Positions 1 through 9,904 are shown, numbered from the stretch's first letter. The stretch: 64,000 nt of DNA from an uncultured Acidobacteriota bacterium (GCA_963696715.1 CAVOLC010000004.1:13616-77615), one strand, 5' to 3'. The notes: generated from the sequence alone by a model not told the origin. Made by a program: numbers and translations.

Positions 1-515
1 GCAAAATCAAAGTCAACGAGCATTATCAAACTGATGTGCCGCACATTTACGCGGCTGGTGACATCATCGGTTTTCCCGCGCTTGCCAGCACTTCCATGGA
101 ACAAGGCCGGCTGGCAAGTTGCCACATGTTTGGTGCCTCCTCTGAACGCATTCAAGAATTGTTTCCGTACGGTATTTACACCATCCCGGAAATTTCCATG
201 GTGGGCCAGAACGAGGAACAACTTACTGCCGCCAAGGTTCCTTACGAAGTGGGCATCTCGAAGTACGCCGAGCTTGCGAAGAGCATGATGCTCGGCGACG
301 AGACCGGCATGCTAAAAGTTCTCTTCGATCGCAACACGCTAAAACTTCTCGGCGTTCACGTAATCGGCCAGCGCGCCACGGAAATCATTCACATCGGCCA
401 GGCCGTTCTTTATTACGGCGGCACGGTTGACTATTTCCGTGACACCGTCTTCAACTACCCGACACTCGCCGAAGCCTACAAAGTGGCCGCACTCGACGGC
501 CTGAATAAGCTGTAA
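1..515 (+). CDS. sthA: Soluble pyridine nucleotide transhydrogenase-like flavoprotein, C-terminal part (5' end outside window)
   Basis: Frame 3 is open from the window edge (KIKVNEHYQTDVPHIYAAGD...). It carries the class-I pyridine nucleotide-disulfide oxidoreductase FAD motif and the C-terminal dimerisation domain (FNYPTLAEAYKVAALDG). Stop TAA at 513-515. Confidence 0.8.
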   Translation, partial: KIKVNEHYQTDVPHIYAAGDIIGFPALASTSMEQGRLASCHMFGASSERIQELFPYGIYTIPEISMVGQNEEQLTAAKVPYEVGISKYAELAKSMMLGDETGMLKVLFDRNTLKLLGVHVIGQRATEIIHIGQAVLYYGGTVDYFRDTVFNYPTLAEAYKVAALDGLNKL

Positions 516-730
516 TCGAGTCCATCCAAGACTGCTCCACTACGGGTAGCCGTCGGTTTTGCGCGCACTTCCGCTATACGGCTGCTGGGGCATGCTAGAC
601 AATTCCGCCGATGTATGTGCGGTCCTGTGCGAAGCTGAAGAGCCATCGGACAGAGCCACCTGGCATTTGATAACTAAGGATAGGAACGCCCATGCAGCCG
701 CACGCAGCCAGCGATAGCGCTTTAGGCACA

Positions 731-750
731 ACGTTCACAAACGTTCACAA
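731..750. promoter_or_regulatory. Perfect 10-bp tandem direct repeat ACGTTCACAA x2 upstream of the Ig-repeat lipoprotein gene
   Basis: Read directly: acgttcacaa acgttcacaa, about 120 bp upstream of the ATG at 874. A regulatory role is only a guess. Confidence 0.3.
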
Positions 751-873
751 AGTACTATTGGACGTTTCTTGGGAAACCCTCATGTTCGGTGCACCACAGT
801 TGAACACCTTGTTGGCCGGTGCTCTCCTTACTCGTTAATCAGATTGGTATCTGTACCAAAGGCGGAAAAATTG

Positions 874-3800
874 ATGAAGAATTTGTCGCTCCTTCTCGCT
901 ATTGCGATGGTATTCGTGTTGTCTAGTTGCAGCTCTTCCACTCCAAAGCCCAGTGTCACGCTGTCCCCGAGCGCAGCTCAGGCAATCGACCAGGGGCAAC
1001 AGAAGAACTTCACCGCCGCGGTAGCCAACGATTCAACCAAGGCAGGAGCGACTTGGACTTGTTCCGGCGCGGCCTGCACCGCGCTGACAAACGTGTCAAC
1101 GACATCGGCTACGTTCAGCGCTAGTGGGACAACGGGAACGGCGATGATCACCGCGACTTCAGTGACGCAGACGACCGCGTCCTCGAACGTTACGGTGACC
1201 GTCACTGCGGTACCGGCCATATCGAGCACTCAAGCGCAAGTGACGGCAGCGCCAGCAACCGCCGGCGTCGCTTACAATTTGGCATTGGCGGCCACAGGTG
1301 GCGCGGGAACGCTTACTTGGAGCGCCGTAGGTCTTCCTGCCAACGGGCTTTCTATCAACTCGAGCACCGGTGCCATCTCTGGAACGCCGACAGCCAAAGG
1401 GACTATCAACTTCACTGCTACGGTGACGGATTCGAGCTCGGCCGGTCCGAAGTCTGCATCAACAGCTTTTATCCTCACGATTAACAACCCGGCTGCACCC
1501 ACGATCACTACCACACAAGCGCAATTGACGGCGGGGCCAGCGACAGCGGGCTCTGTGTATGGCTTCACTTTTCATGCCAGCGGAACTGGAGCGCTTACAT
1601 GGAGCGCGGTAGGCCTGCCGGCTGACGCATTGGCGCTAGCCGCAAGCACGGGCATTGTTTCCGGAACGCCGACATCCAAGGCGACGATCAGCTTCACTTT
1701 GACTGTAAGCGATACGTTCGGCCAGTCTTCTGCCGCAACAGCATTCACGCTCACCGTCAACAATCCTCCGGCACCAGCGATCACGACTACGCAGGCACAA
1801 GTAACCGCGGCACCTGGCATGGTGGGAAGCGTTTACAGTTTTACATTCCACGCCACCGGGACTGGGACGCTCACGTTTAGCGCGGTGGGCCTGGCGGATG
1901 GGCTTTCTCTGAACTCAAGCACCGGAGTGGTTTCGGGTACGCCGACGTCGAAACAGAGCGTGTCCTTCACTTTGAAAGCCAGCGATACTTTCGGCCAGTC
2001 CTCGGCTGCGACGGCGTTCACGATCACGGTAAACAATCCTGCGCCGCCAGTAATTTCGACGACAGTGGCCCAAGTACCCTCTGCTACCGTAAACGTTGCG
2101 TATAGCTTTACCTTCCAGGGATCCGGCTTCGCGCCGCTCACATGGAGCACTACTCCCTTGCTGAGCGATGGCCTTTCGATAAATGCGAGCACCGGGAAAA
2201 TAACCGGCACGCCGACGACGGCAACAACGTTGAATTTCAGCGTTTCGCTAACGGATGGAGTGGGGCAAGTGACCACGGTGAACGGCTTCTCGATCGTGGT
2301 CAGCACCGAGAGCATCGCGTTCACGCCCTCGGCTCCCACAACGGTAACTGCCGGCGGCACACTGACGGTTAACGCCACAGTTTCAAACGATGCCGGGAAT
2401 GGAGGCGTGAATTGGTCGGTCACATGCGGCAGCGCTTCTTGCGGATCGTTTGTCACAAGCCACACGGCGAGCGGAACGGCGACAACCTACGACGCGCCGC
2501 CGGTGCCACCAACTGGCGGAACGGTGACGATCACGGCGACCGCGGCTGATGCTCCATCGCCGAAGGTTTCCGCAGTGGTTACAGTTAGTGCGCTGCCCCT
2601 TACTATCACGACGAGTTCATTGCCCAACGGAACGGTGAACACCGCCTACAGCGCGACGATTACTGCCAGCGGCGGCGTTCCACCGTATACTTTCAGTCTG
2701 GACGCGGCCTCCAGTGCGCTTCCTACACCCTTAATATTTAACCCAGGCAGTCCATCAGCAACGATCACCGGCACACCGGCCGCAGCCAGCACAACGAACA
2801 ACATCATCGTGGACGTGAAGGATTCTGAAGGCACGCCGATGACGGCGCAAAAGACTTACTCGCTCACGATCAATGCGACGACAGCAGCTTGCAACAAAGG
2901 TAACGAGTCCTTCCTGAAGGGACAATACGCCCTACAGTTACAGGGGTTCGATAGCAACGGGCCAGTAGGGCTGGTCGGCAGCTTCACCGCCGACGGCACC
3001 GGAAAGATTACTGCCGGTGAGGAGGACGTCAACGACAGCACCACGGGCACGACACCACCGCCGCTTTCCATTATCGCGGCAGGCAGCTCCTACTCCGTGG
3101 GCTTGGACACTAACGGCGGCTATCGCGGGTGCATGACCATCGCCACTTCGGCGGCAACCTCTACGTACCGCTTCTCCCTCAACCAGATTAGCTCGAATGT
3201 GGCGTTCGGCGGTCAGTTGATCGAGTTCGATTCGACCGGCACGAACGCAACGGGTGGAATGTACCAGCAAACCGCTTCGGCGTTTTCAAACACGCAGGTC
3301 AGCGGCAACTATGCGTTCGGCGCATCTACGTCGGAGTCAGTGACGACTGCACAACGGTTCGCCATGGCCGGAGTGTTCAGTGTATCGGGCACTACGATCA
3401 GTTCCGGCAGTGTGGACACAGATGAGAACGGCAATGTGAACAATCATTGCACCACCCCGTGTACTTTCACGGGCACGCGTGGAAGCCCCGATTCGAATGG
3501 GCGAACCACGTTCTCGATAACGCCCACCGGAGCGATTTCCGCCGTTGATATGGTGTACTACACCGTCTTCACGGGCGCATTAGTGATGATGAATACCGAT
3601 ACGCAAATCAACAACGCTCCGTTTGTCGGGGTGATCATGCAGCAATCGGGAGAGCCGTTCTCGGACACTTCGTTGAGCGGCACCACCAGTGTCATCTATG
3701 CGACTGGGCTATCGGGAGGGACTCCGCCGACCGCCAATACGCTCGTTGGACTGGTGCAATTTACCAGCCCGAACAATTATGCGTTCGACGCCGACCAAAG

Positions 3801-4347
3801 CGGCAACGGGACGATCAGCACTCAAAGTGACACAGGCACGTTCAGCGTCGCGGCGAATGGCCGATTGACGTTAACATCCAGCGGGAGCGGGGGCGGCCAC
3901 AATCCCACAATTTACCTTGTGAAGCCGGGCAAAGGATTCCTGGTAGGCACGGACAACTCGGTTACCGTAGGCTCCTTCGAACCACAATCGGCCGGACCAT
4001 TCTCGAATGCGTCCGTGAGCGGGGTATTTGGCTTTGGGAGCATCTTGCCCGCGGAGCCAAATGTTGACTATCAGGAAGGCTGGGTCAATTTCAACGCTGC
4101 AGGAACTGTCTCGGGGGAGAGCGACAACATTACGCTCGGCAGCGCCCCGAGTGTCGGTGGAACGTTCTCCCAGGATTATTCGGTGGCCTCAAACGGCCGG
4201 GGAACGGTCTTCAAATCCGGACTGAGCACCACACCGAATGTAATTTTCTATGTGGTGTCGGCGACGAAAGCCGTCCTCATGAAAGCATACAGCGGCTCGG
4301 GCACCCAGGTGAGTTCGAATCCGGAAATCTCGGTGGCCCAGAAGTAG
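874..4347 (+). CDS. Large secreted lipoprotein with tandem putative-Ig (cadherin/dystroglycan-like) and Big-like domains
   Basis: The internal ATG at 874 gives MKNLSLLLAIAMVFVLSSC, a signal peptide plus lipobox Cys. Four consecutive ~95-aa repeats carry ...LTWSAVGLPxxLSxNSSTGxxSGTPT...; a fifth related module has ...SSLPNGTVNTAYS...GGVPPYTFS. The ~470-aa C-terminal region has no motif I recognise. Confidence 0.8.
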   Translation: MKNLSLLLAIAMVFVLSSCSSSTPKPSVTLSPSAAQAIDQGQQKNFTAAVANDSTKAGATWTCSGAACTALTNVSTTSATFSASGTTGTAMITATSVTQTTASSNVTVTVTAVPAISSTQAQVTAAPATAGVAYNLALAATGGAGTLTWSAVGLPANGLSINSSTGAISGTPTAKGTINFTATVTDSSSAGPKSASTAFILTINNPAAPTITTTQAQLTAGPATAGSVYGFTFHASGTGALTWSAVGLPADALALAASTGIVSGTPTSKATISFTLTVSDTFGQSSAATAFTLTVNNPPAPAITTTQAQVTAAPGMVGSVYSFTFHATGTGTLTFSAVGLADGLSLNSSTGVVSGTPTSKQSVSFTLKASDTFGQSSAATAFTITVNNPAPPVISTTVAQVPSATVNVAYSFTFQGSGFAPLTWSTTPLLSDGLSINASTGKITGTPTTATTLNFSVSLTDGVGQVTTVNGFSIVVSTESIAFTPSAPTTVTAGGTLTVNATVSNDAGNGGVNWSVTCGSASCGSFVTSHTASGTATTYDAPPVPPTGGTVTITATAADAPSPKVSAVVTVSALPLTITTSSLPNGTVNTAYSATITASGGVPPYTFSLDAASSALPTPLIFNPGSPSATITGTPAAASTTNNIIVDVKDSEGTPMTAQKTYSLTINATTAACNKGNESFLKGQYALQLQGFDSNGPVGLVGSFTADGTGKITAGEEDVNDSTTGTTPPPLSIIAAGSSYSVGLDTNGGYRGCMTIATSAATSTYRFSLNQISSNVAFGGQLIEFDSTGTNATGGMYQQTASAFSNTQVSGNYAFGASTSESVTTAQRFAMAGVFSVSGTTISSGSVDTDENGNVNNHCTTPCTFTGTRGSPDSNGRTTFSITPTGAISAVDMVYYTVFTGALVMMNTDTQINNAPFVGVIMQQSGEPFSDTSLSGTTSVIYATGLSGGTPPTANTLVGLVQFTSPNNYAFDADQSGNGTISTQSDTGTFSVAANGRLTLTSSGSGGGHNPTIYLVKPGKGFLVGTDNSVTVGSFEPQSAGPFSNASVSGVFGFGSILPAEPNVDYQEGWVNFNAAGTVSGESDNITLGSAPSVGGTFSQDYSVASNGRGTVFKSGLSTTPNVIFYVVSATKAVLMKAYSGSGTQVSSNPEISVAQK

Positions 4348-4403
4348 TAGCGCGGCCAACGGAGGATGACCGGCGAAACTGAAAACAGTCCGCGAATCGA
4401 AAA

Positions 4404-4438
4404 GGGCTGGCGCGGTTACCGCGCCGGCCCTTTGTATT
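4404..4438 (+). terminator. Rho-independent terminator candidate
   Basis: GGGCTGGCGCGG-tta-CCGCGCCGGCCC followed by TTTGTATTT, 57 bp after the stop of the lipoprotein gene. Confidence 0.6.
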
Positions 4439-5086
4439 TAACAGGAGAGCAGAGAATCTCGCGACGCTCGCTGACCTAAGCGGCGGCCAGGCGGTAGAAG
4501 CTGAGCGCGGCATCGCCTTCGAATCAGACTGTCTCCGTCTCATCCTATGGGATTCAGGTCGGCGATATCACGTTAATGGCAATGGGAGATGGTTTTGGAA
4601 ACGTATTGGCCCTCGTCGCCGATGATCAAGATGCGAACGGATCACTTCTGCCCGCAGGATCGTTCTATACAACCGGTTACGCGGTCAGCGGCGTCTGTGG
4701 CGGAACCGCCTTTTACGACAAGCCTTTTTCAAAGCGGGGCACAGCAAATCCGATCCGTAGAACACCCCGCCCTCACCGCCGCTTAGTGAACAACAGATTC
4801 GACCGCGAGTTCGAAGATTCGAAGAGGAGATAAAGAATCGCGAACAGTTACCGCCGCGGGTAATGATTCTAAATCTCGAATGGTAGTGGGAGCAAAACGA
4901 TTTCTAATCGCGTCTCTCGATTGCAAGCATAGAGGCATTTTGACACAATATCGTTTTTGACGTAACCGATTACTCCCCTATTTAACTGACTAAGGGCCGT
5001 CCTAAGAGCTTAAAAATCGCTTAGGCCCCTATGTAATTACAGTGCTTTTGGGAGCCGTTTTTATGCGCCCCGTAGGGTAGACACGG

Positions 5087-5204
5087 ACCGGACGCTAAAC
5101 GGACGTTGAGCTGTTATTTGACGAAAGCAGCGAATGGCGTAAGATATTATGCACCAGTAAGTTGGGCCTGTAGCTCAGGTGGCTAGAGCGCGCCCCTGAT
5201 AAGG
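5087..5204 (+). repeat. Left copy of a 118-bp direct repeat (77 bp of tRNA-Ile upstream region plus 41 nt of the tRNA 5' half); putative attL
   Basis: Matches 26223-26340 at 113/118 positions. All 5 mismatches lie in the upstream 77 bp and the tRNA part is identical. Homology stops after CCTGATAAGG. Confidence 0.8.
5164..5204 (+). pseudogene. tRNA-Ile(GAU) 5' fragment (acceptor 5' strand through anticodon loop)
   Basis: GGGCCTGTAGCTCAGGTGGCTAGAGCGCGCCCCTGATAAGG is identical to nt 1-41 of the intact tRNA at 26300. The 3' half is absent and the sequence continues CTGTTAGG. Confidence 0.85.
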
Positions 5205-5301
5205 CTGTTAGGACATTTCTCTTACCCCAGACTTTTCAACGTAATAGCCTAACCCTTCATTCAGTTGCCGTGTTTCCACTCTTCGCTGATGTTTAACCTA
5301 T

Positions 5302-5339
5302 TTCGCTGATTTTTGATCCATACCGGACGCTAAACGGAC
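5302..5339 (+). repeat. 38-bp perfect copy of the integrase 3' end plus proximal att arm
   Basis: TTCGCTGATTTTTGATCCATACCGGACGCTAAACGGAC is identical to 26203-26240 (last integrase codons, stop, and start of the 118-bp repeat). A degenerate second ...CTTCGCTGA lies just upstream at 5281-5289. Confidence 0.8.
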
Positions 5340-5572
5340 ACCAACAGTTGAGAGGCTAGAACTCACTCAGGAAATAAAGCGAGCGCATGAGCCTTTCTCG
5401 TAAGGCGGTTTCCTCACAAAGCAAATGGTCATCGCACAAGAGGGATGAAAACTCCGCTCAGTACAGCACAATGTCAGCAATTCTCGACATTCCGATGGGC
5501 GGTTTCATAGGGCCATGAAAACTAGACATAAACGCGAAAACACCTGAATGGCTGGGCGTTTTTCGTCGAGTT

Positions 5573-5691
5573 GGGGACGTTCGTACAGAGAATAAAATGC
5601 TATACGCAGCAGAGTGCATCGCTTTTCCCCAGGCACCACGTAATACCCGCACCGTTTTTAATTCTCTTCGATGAGGACACCCCGGCGATCT
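5573..5691 (+). repeat. 119-bp repeat unit, copy A (conserved ends, divergent core)
   Basis: The 5' GGGGACGTTCGTACAGAGAATAAAATGC and 3' GCACCGTTTTTAATTCTCTTCGATGAGGACACCCCGGCGATCT are shared with the units at 9425-9661. Confidence 0.8.
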
Positions 5692-5711
5692 GAAAGCGCG
5701 CAATCACACCG

Positions 5712-5798
5712 TGCTCGTGTCCACGCATTGCCTACTCGCGCTTCCGATACAACACTAAGACTTATCGGGAGTTAGCAAAGTGTTCGAATAGCCCGTTC
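5712..5798 (+). repeat. ~85-bp short repeat related to the right flank of the 225-bp repeat family
   Basis: Aligns with 13219-13295. Contains CGATACAACAC (like the IR core CGACGCAACAC) followed by GACTTATCGGGAGTTAGC (like GACTAACCGGGAGTC at 11135). Confidence 0.6.
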
Positions 5799-5822
5799 AC
5801 TGGTAGTAGGCCGGGTGCATAT

Positions 5823-8216
5823 CTATTGATGCCCCGTCATTTTTCGTTTCACTTCTGCGAACCGGGGATCGCGCATCAGTTGGGGCTGCTCGATAAAGAG
5901 CCAGAACAACATTGTGGAGCGGACGTCGGCGGCCTTATTCATCCAGATGAAGGCGCGATCGGTATCGCCGAGCGCAAGGTAGTCGTCAACTATGTCGAAA
6001 GCATCGCTATGCCAATGGTCCTTCTCCCAGCTTGCCAACGAGTCCTGCAAATCCTTTTGCGTCACGCCCTTTGAACCGGAAACTGTATATATTTTGCGAA
6101 TCTGTTCGATCTCTTGGGGGGTTGCACCAGCAGCGATACGCGACTTCACATCTTCCTCGAAAGCTTCTTTCAACATGCCCTTCCTCTGGTAGCATTCGGA
6201 GAGACTATCGCGCAGCAAATGCTGGTGTTCTAGATTTGGATTCAGTTCTGCGAGGGTTTTGTTAACTTCCGCGATCGCTTCATCACAGCGGCCCACCTGC
6301 CTTAACCGGTCGACGAGCATGTTTCTCACGGGCACGGAAAGAGGGTCCACTTCCATGCCCTTGCGGATCGCAGCGATCGACTCATCGGGGCGGTTCAGGA
6401 CGCCAAGGAGAATGGAATAAAAATGGTAGGCCGTCGCGTAATTCGGGTTGAGAGCAATCGCGCGCTTAAGCTCCTCTTCCGAGCCTGAAAAGTCCCACTC
6501 ATACACCATCTTGACGACTCCCAGGGACGCGTGGCCTTCTGCCAGGTTTGGATCCAGTTCGATTGCCTTCAGTGCCGCAGCCTTGGCCATAGGCATCGCT
6601 TCGCGAGGCGGCAAATGTCCCCAGACATAACCGAGATAGAAATAAGTGTCAGCCAATCCGGAGTAAGCAGGCGCATAGGTCGGGTCCTCCCGGGTGGCCT
6701 GCTCAAAATAGTTCCTCGCTTTGCCCAGATCCTCTTCGGTCCGCAGGTTCCAGAAGAAACGGCCTCTTAAGTAATCTTCATGAGCCTCAGGATTGACGAT
6801 TGGCGCGTTCGATAGCCGCGCTTGTTCACCCGGCGTAAGCTTTGCTCGCACCTCGTCAGCGATGTCACGAGCCAATTCGTCCTGCAATGTGAGAACATCC
6901 TGCAGGTTACGTTCGTAACTCTTCGCCCACATGTGACGGTCGAGCTTTGCTTCAATCAGTTGCGCCGTGATTCGAACCCGGTTCCCCGAGCGTGCGACGG
7001 AGCCTTCCACTACTGCATCCACGTTCAACTGCTTGGCGATCTGCGGAAGTGATTCCTTGGTTTCGCGAAACTGCAAGGCCGAAGTCCTGGAAGTGACGCG
7101 TAGTGCGCTGATCTGAGCAAGGTTGGTCGTCAACTCATCCGTAATCCCGTCAACAAAGTAGTCCTGCTGGGGATCGCCTGAGAGGTTGGCCAGAGGAAGT
7201 ACCACCAGTGACTGGATCCGCAGAGCACTCGCGGGATTCGACGAATGTCTCCAATCCCCAGGATTGAATTTGAAAAGCGCGCCTGCCAAGAGCAGAGTAC
7301 TCAGTAACCCGAGACCAGCGGCATAACCTCGCCAGCGCGAGGAGGATCTTATCTCTGGAGCCTGAGAGGAAGGACTGGATAGCGCTTCAAGGTCACTTCT
7401 CAACTCGCGGGCGGTAGCATACCGCTTTCCCGGCTCTTTCTCCAAGCACTTGAGGATTATTTCGTTGAGGCGATTCGGTGTGTCACTGCCGGGTTTTCCC
7501 GGCGTTGGAGGCGTCCGATGCAAGATGTCATCGGTCAGATGGGTGGTTAGATCTTCGCGGAACGGCCGTCGACCTGCCGCCATTTCATAAAGAACCATGC
7601 CGAGCGAATAAATATCTGTGCGGCCATCCACATCGCGACCCAAAAGCTGTTCTGGAGCCATATAGGGCAGCGTGCCGACAGGCCCGCGCGTTTGGACCAA
7701 CTCCTCCAGCGTGGTTTCACTATCTGGGCGGATCAGTTTCGCCAAACCGAAGTCGAGCACCTTGGCTTGGCCATGCTCGCTCACAAATACATTCGCCGGC
7801 TTAACATCTCGGTGCACAATGCCCTTGGCATGAGCTGCTTCCAGCGCGTCTGCAATCTGCGACCCCAGCTTTGCAATTTCTGCAGTTTCAAGAGTGCGAG
7901 CAGCGATGTAGTGCTTCAGGGTTTGTCCTTCGAGCAGCTCCATCACGATGAACTGTCGCGCGTGGAACTCGTCGATGTCGTGGATCGTGCAGATATGCGG
8001 ATGGTTCAGCGCTGAAGCAGAGCGGGCTTCTCGCCGGAAGCGTTCGATTGCGACTGCGTCGGAATGCACCACTTCGGGCAGGAATTTCAAGGCCACAAAC
8101 CGGCCGAGCCGCGCGTCTTCGGCCTTGTAGACCACACCCATACCACCACCGCCTAAGTGTTCGAGGATGCGGTAGTGAGATACGGTTTGCCCGGGGAGTA
8201 GGGGGAAATCCGCCAT
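5823..8216 (-). CDS. Ser/Thr protein kinase with C-terminal TolB-N-like and TPR region
   Basis: Hanks motifs are present ([29 protein letters not shown]), then a hydrophobic segment and TPR-like repeats ([10 protein letters not shown]..., [11 protein letters not shown]...). Confidence 0.9.
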   Translation of the reverse strand: MADFPLLPGQTVSHYRILEHLGGGGMGVVYKAEDARLGRFVALKFLPEVVHSDAVAIERFRREARSASALNHPHICTIHDIDEFHARQFIVMELLEGQTLKHYIAARTLETAEIAKLGSQIADALEAAHAKGIVHRDVKPANVFVSEHGQAKVLDFGLAKLIRPDSETTLEELVQTRGPVGTLPYMAPEQLLGRDVDGRTDIYSLGMVLYEMAAGRRPFREDLTTHLTDDILHRTPPTPGKPGSDTPNRLNEIILKCLEKEPGKRYATARELRSDLEALSSPSSQAPEIRSSSRWRGYAAGLGLLSTLLLAGALFKFNPGDWRHSSNPASALRIQSLVVLPLANLSGDPQQDYFVDGITDELTTNLAQISALRVTSRTSALQFRETKESLPQIAKQLNVDAVVEGSVARSGNRVRITAQLIEAKLDRHMWAKSYERNLQDVLTLQDELARDIADEVRAKLTPGEQARLSNAPIVNPEAHEDYLRGRFFWNLRTEEDLGKARNYFEQATREDPTYAPAYSGLADTYFYLGYVWGHLPPREAMPMAKAAALKAIELDPNLAEGHASLGVVKMVYEWDFSGSEEELKRAIALNPNYATAYHFYSILLGVLNRPDESIAAIRKGMEVDPLSVPVRNMLVDRLRQVGRCDEAIAEVNKTLAELNPNLEHQHLLRDSLSECYQRKGMLKEAFEEDVKSRIAAGATPQEIEQIRKIYTVSGSKGVTQKDLQDSLASWEKDHWHSDAFDIVDDYLALGDTDRAFIWMNKAADVRSTMLFWLFIEQPQLMRDPRFAEVKRKMTGHQ

Positions 8217-8280
8217 CGGCGCACATCTTAGGTTGAGCCAAAGGGCAAGTCAACAAAGACAGACTGCCCGCCAGCTAAGT

Positions 8281-8490
8281 CCTTCCATGAGAAGGCCGGT
8301 GAGTGTCAAGTCTGTTCTTTCATTTTTTTTCTCTTTTTTTCTTCCTTCTTCTTTCTTCTCTGTTCAAATTGTTCCCATGGAGTCAAGCCGCCTCTGTCGC
8401 CACCCTTCCATCCGCACTCTTTTTTTGAGCGATTGTCGCTCGGTGCAAGTTGGGTGTACTCGATTCAGTAGGTGCTGCTACCTGATGCCG
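8281..8490 (+). repeat. Solo ~210-bp copy of the terminal part of the IS110/IS1111-like element's 3' non-coding end
   Basis: Homologous to 20671-20883. It includes CCTTCCATGAGAAGGCCGGTGAGTGTCAAG, a 60-75-bp polypyrimidine tract and ...GAGCGATTGTCGCTCGGTGCAAGTTGGGTGTACTCGAT.CAGTAGGTGCTGCTACCTGAT. No transposase is adjacent. Confidence 0.75.
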
Positions 8491-8560
8491 CGCAGAGATG
8501 GAACAGTTGCGGCGAATCGGGAAACTCTTTTTCTTTGGCTTCGAACTGGTGAGGCCTTTT

Positions 8561-9196
8561 TCAAATTGCAGCGATGTTCCCCTTCGCAGACTCAGCAGCT
8601 GGATCATAACCAAAAATCACAAAGTGTTCACCGCATCCTCCATCTTTGCCGTGACAAATCCAGCGGATGCGGAATAGCACTTGATTTCCGAACTGGGTTT
8701 CAAGGATTTCAGGAGCCACATCCAAGCGTAGAACGACACGGTTAATGTATTTCAGATGTACACTCTTCAGAACCAACTCGCACTCGTCGATGATGTTCCC
8801 ATAGAGCTGAATAAACTTGGACCATGCGTCAGGCTCCGTGAGGAATCGAGTCGGCAGTTTGTTGGCATTGAGAAACTGTTTCAGTTCATCTCGAAACTTC
8901 TCCAGCTTCGTTGTTTGTTCGATTTCCTTCTCAATTTCTCGCGGTATTTCTTCATTCTTAACAAGGAACGGGTGTGCACTGTCGAACCGTTCTAGGATTC
9001 GCTTCGCGCCAGCCCTGGTCATCCTTGTATGAAGTGCAAAGGAACAATAGAAATCCAGTGCAAAATAATTCTCCAGTTCACCTGCCTGTTCAATCGCCTT
9101 TCGTATTTCAGCGAGAATGTAAACTACCTGTCGCTCGGTCGTCACCTCTAGTTCGAGCTCGGCTTGCAATTTCCTGAGAATGGAGTTGCGACTCAT
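8561..9196 (-). CDS. Hypothetical protein (211 aa), no recognisable domain
   Basis: Clean ORF in a visibly AT-richer stretch. Its ATG overlaps the stop of a 29-codon HTH-like ORF (ATGA). Confidence 0.6.
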   Translation of the reverse strand: MSRNSILRKLQAELELEVTTERQVVYILAEIRKAIEQAGELENYFALDFYCSFALHTRMTRAGAKRILERFDSAHPFLVKNEEIPREIEKEIEQTTKLEKFRDELKQFLNANKLPTRFLTEPDAWSKFIQLYGNIIDECELVLKSVHLKYINRVVLRLDVAPEILETQFGNQVLFRIRWICHGKDGGCGEHFVIFGYDPAAESAKGNIAAI

Positions 9197-9282
9197 AGGC
9201 TCGCCAGGTTTTTTGGTTCGATATCACCTTGAGAGAGGTGCTGTTGCTCGCGGAGCTCACGAAATTTTTGTCTGATTTCCAT
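9193..9282 (-). CDS. 29-codon ORF resembling the N-terminal half of an XRE-type HTH (possibly the split 5' part of the 211-aa gene)
   Basis: MEIRQKFRELREQQHLSQGDIEPKNLASL* has the XRE pattern ...lrelReeqglSQ.dlA... The downstream ORF starts MSRNSILRKLQ, which resembles the second HTH helix (vSrstIsriE). Confidence 0.4.
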   Translation of the reverse strand: MEIRQKFRELREQQHLSQGDIEPKNLASL

Positions 9283-9424
9283 CCGGCGAGACTACACTAG
9301 GACTGTCTGGCCCAGCAAGGATACGATCATGACTGAATCACTAACGCCATCTCATTGTGGCGGAGAATGTAGCATGGAACGTTCTTTGTGGGAATTCGAC
9401 CGTAAATCTGAGTTGTTAGATTAT

Positions 9425-9661
9425 GGGGACGTTCGCACAGAGACTAAAATGCAACGTGCTGCAGAACGTACTTCCTTTCCGAGAGAACGACGCAATTAGG
9501 GCACCGTTTTTAATGCTCTTCGATGAGGACACCCCGGCGATCTGGGGACGTTCGTACAGCGAATAAAACGCAACAATCCAAGAATGCACTTCCTTTCTTA
9601 GAGAACGACGTAATTAGCGCACCGTTTTTAATTCTCTTCGATGAGGACACCCCGGCGATCT
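9425..9661 (+). repeat. Two tandem units (119 + 118 bp) of the 119-bp repeat family
   Basis: Units at 9425-9543 and 9544-9661 lie head to tail. Their ends are near-identical to copy A and their cores are ~70% identical to each other. Confidence 0.85.
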
Positions 9662-9904
9662 AGACAGCAGGCATAAATTCAATAGTTTTTCTGAAATTTT
9701 GCCCGAGACCATGTACCGCAACAATCACACGCTGCGGAACAGCTGTGAACGCGAAAACCCGGCCAGGACTTGACCCGAGCCACAAGGGCACAATTTGATT
9801 GAGCCGATCGCGATTAATCACACGACAGCTTGCACAGTTAACTAAGTCCGTTTGGTGCTACCTTTTCAAATTGTCAGCATCGAATCGCTAAGGGGGAGAC
9901 AAAT

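Noticed and set aside
4576-4833. 85-aa ORF downstream of the lipoprotein terminator.
   Set aside because: It has no RBS and no motif, and an overlapping alternative-frame ORF is of similar length. It is left unannotated.
8233-8745. 170-aa + strand ORF with an F/S-rich segment.
   Set aside because: It reads through the polypyrimidine tract of the solo IS-end repeat. The same artefactual peptide appears as the tail of the ORF at 20190-20870.
9425-9661. Possible CRISPR-like array: conserved ~71-bp junction sequence alternating with ~45-bp variable segments.
   Set aside because: There are only two tandem units plus one distant copy. The 'spacers' are homologous to each other (~70% between units B and C), so this is a diverging tandem repeat. 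No cas genes are in the window.
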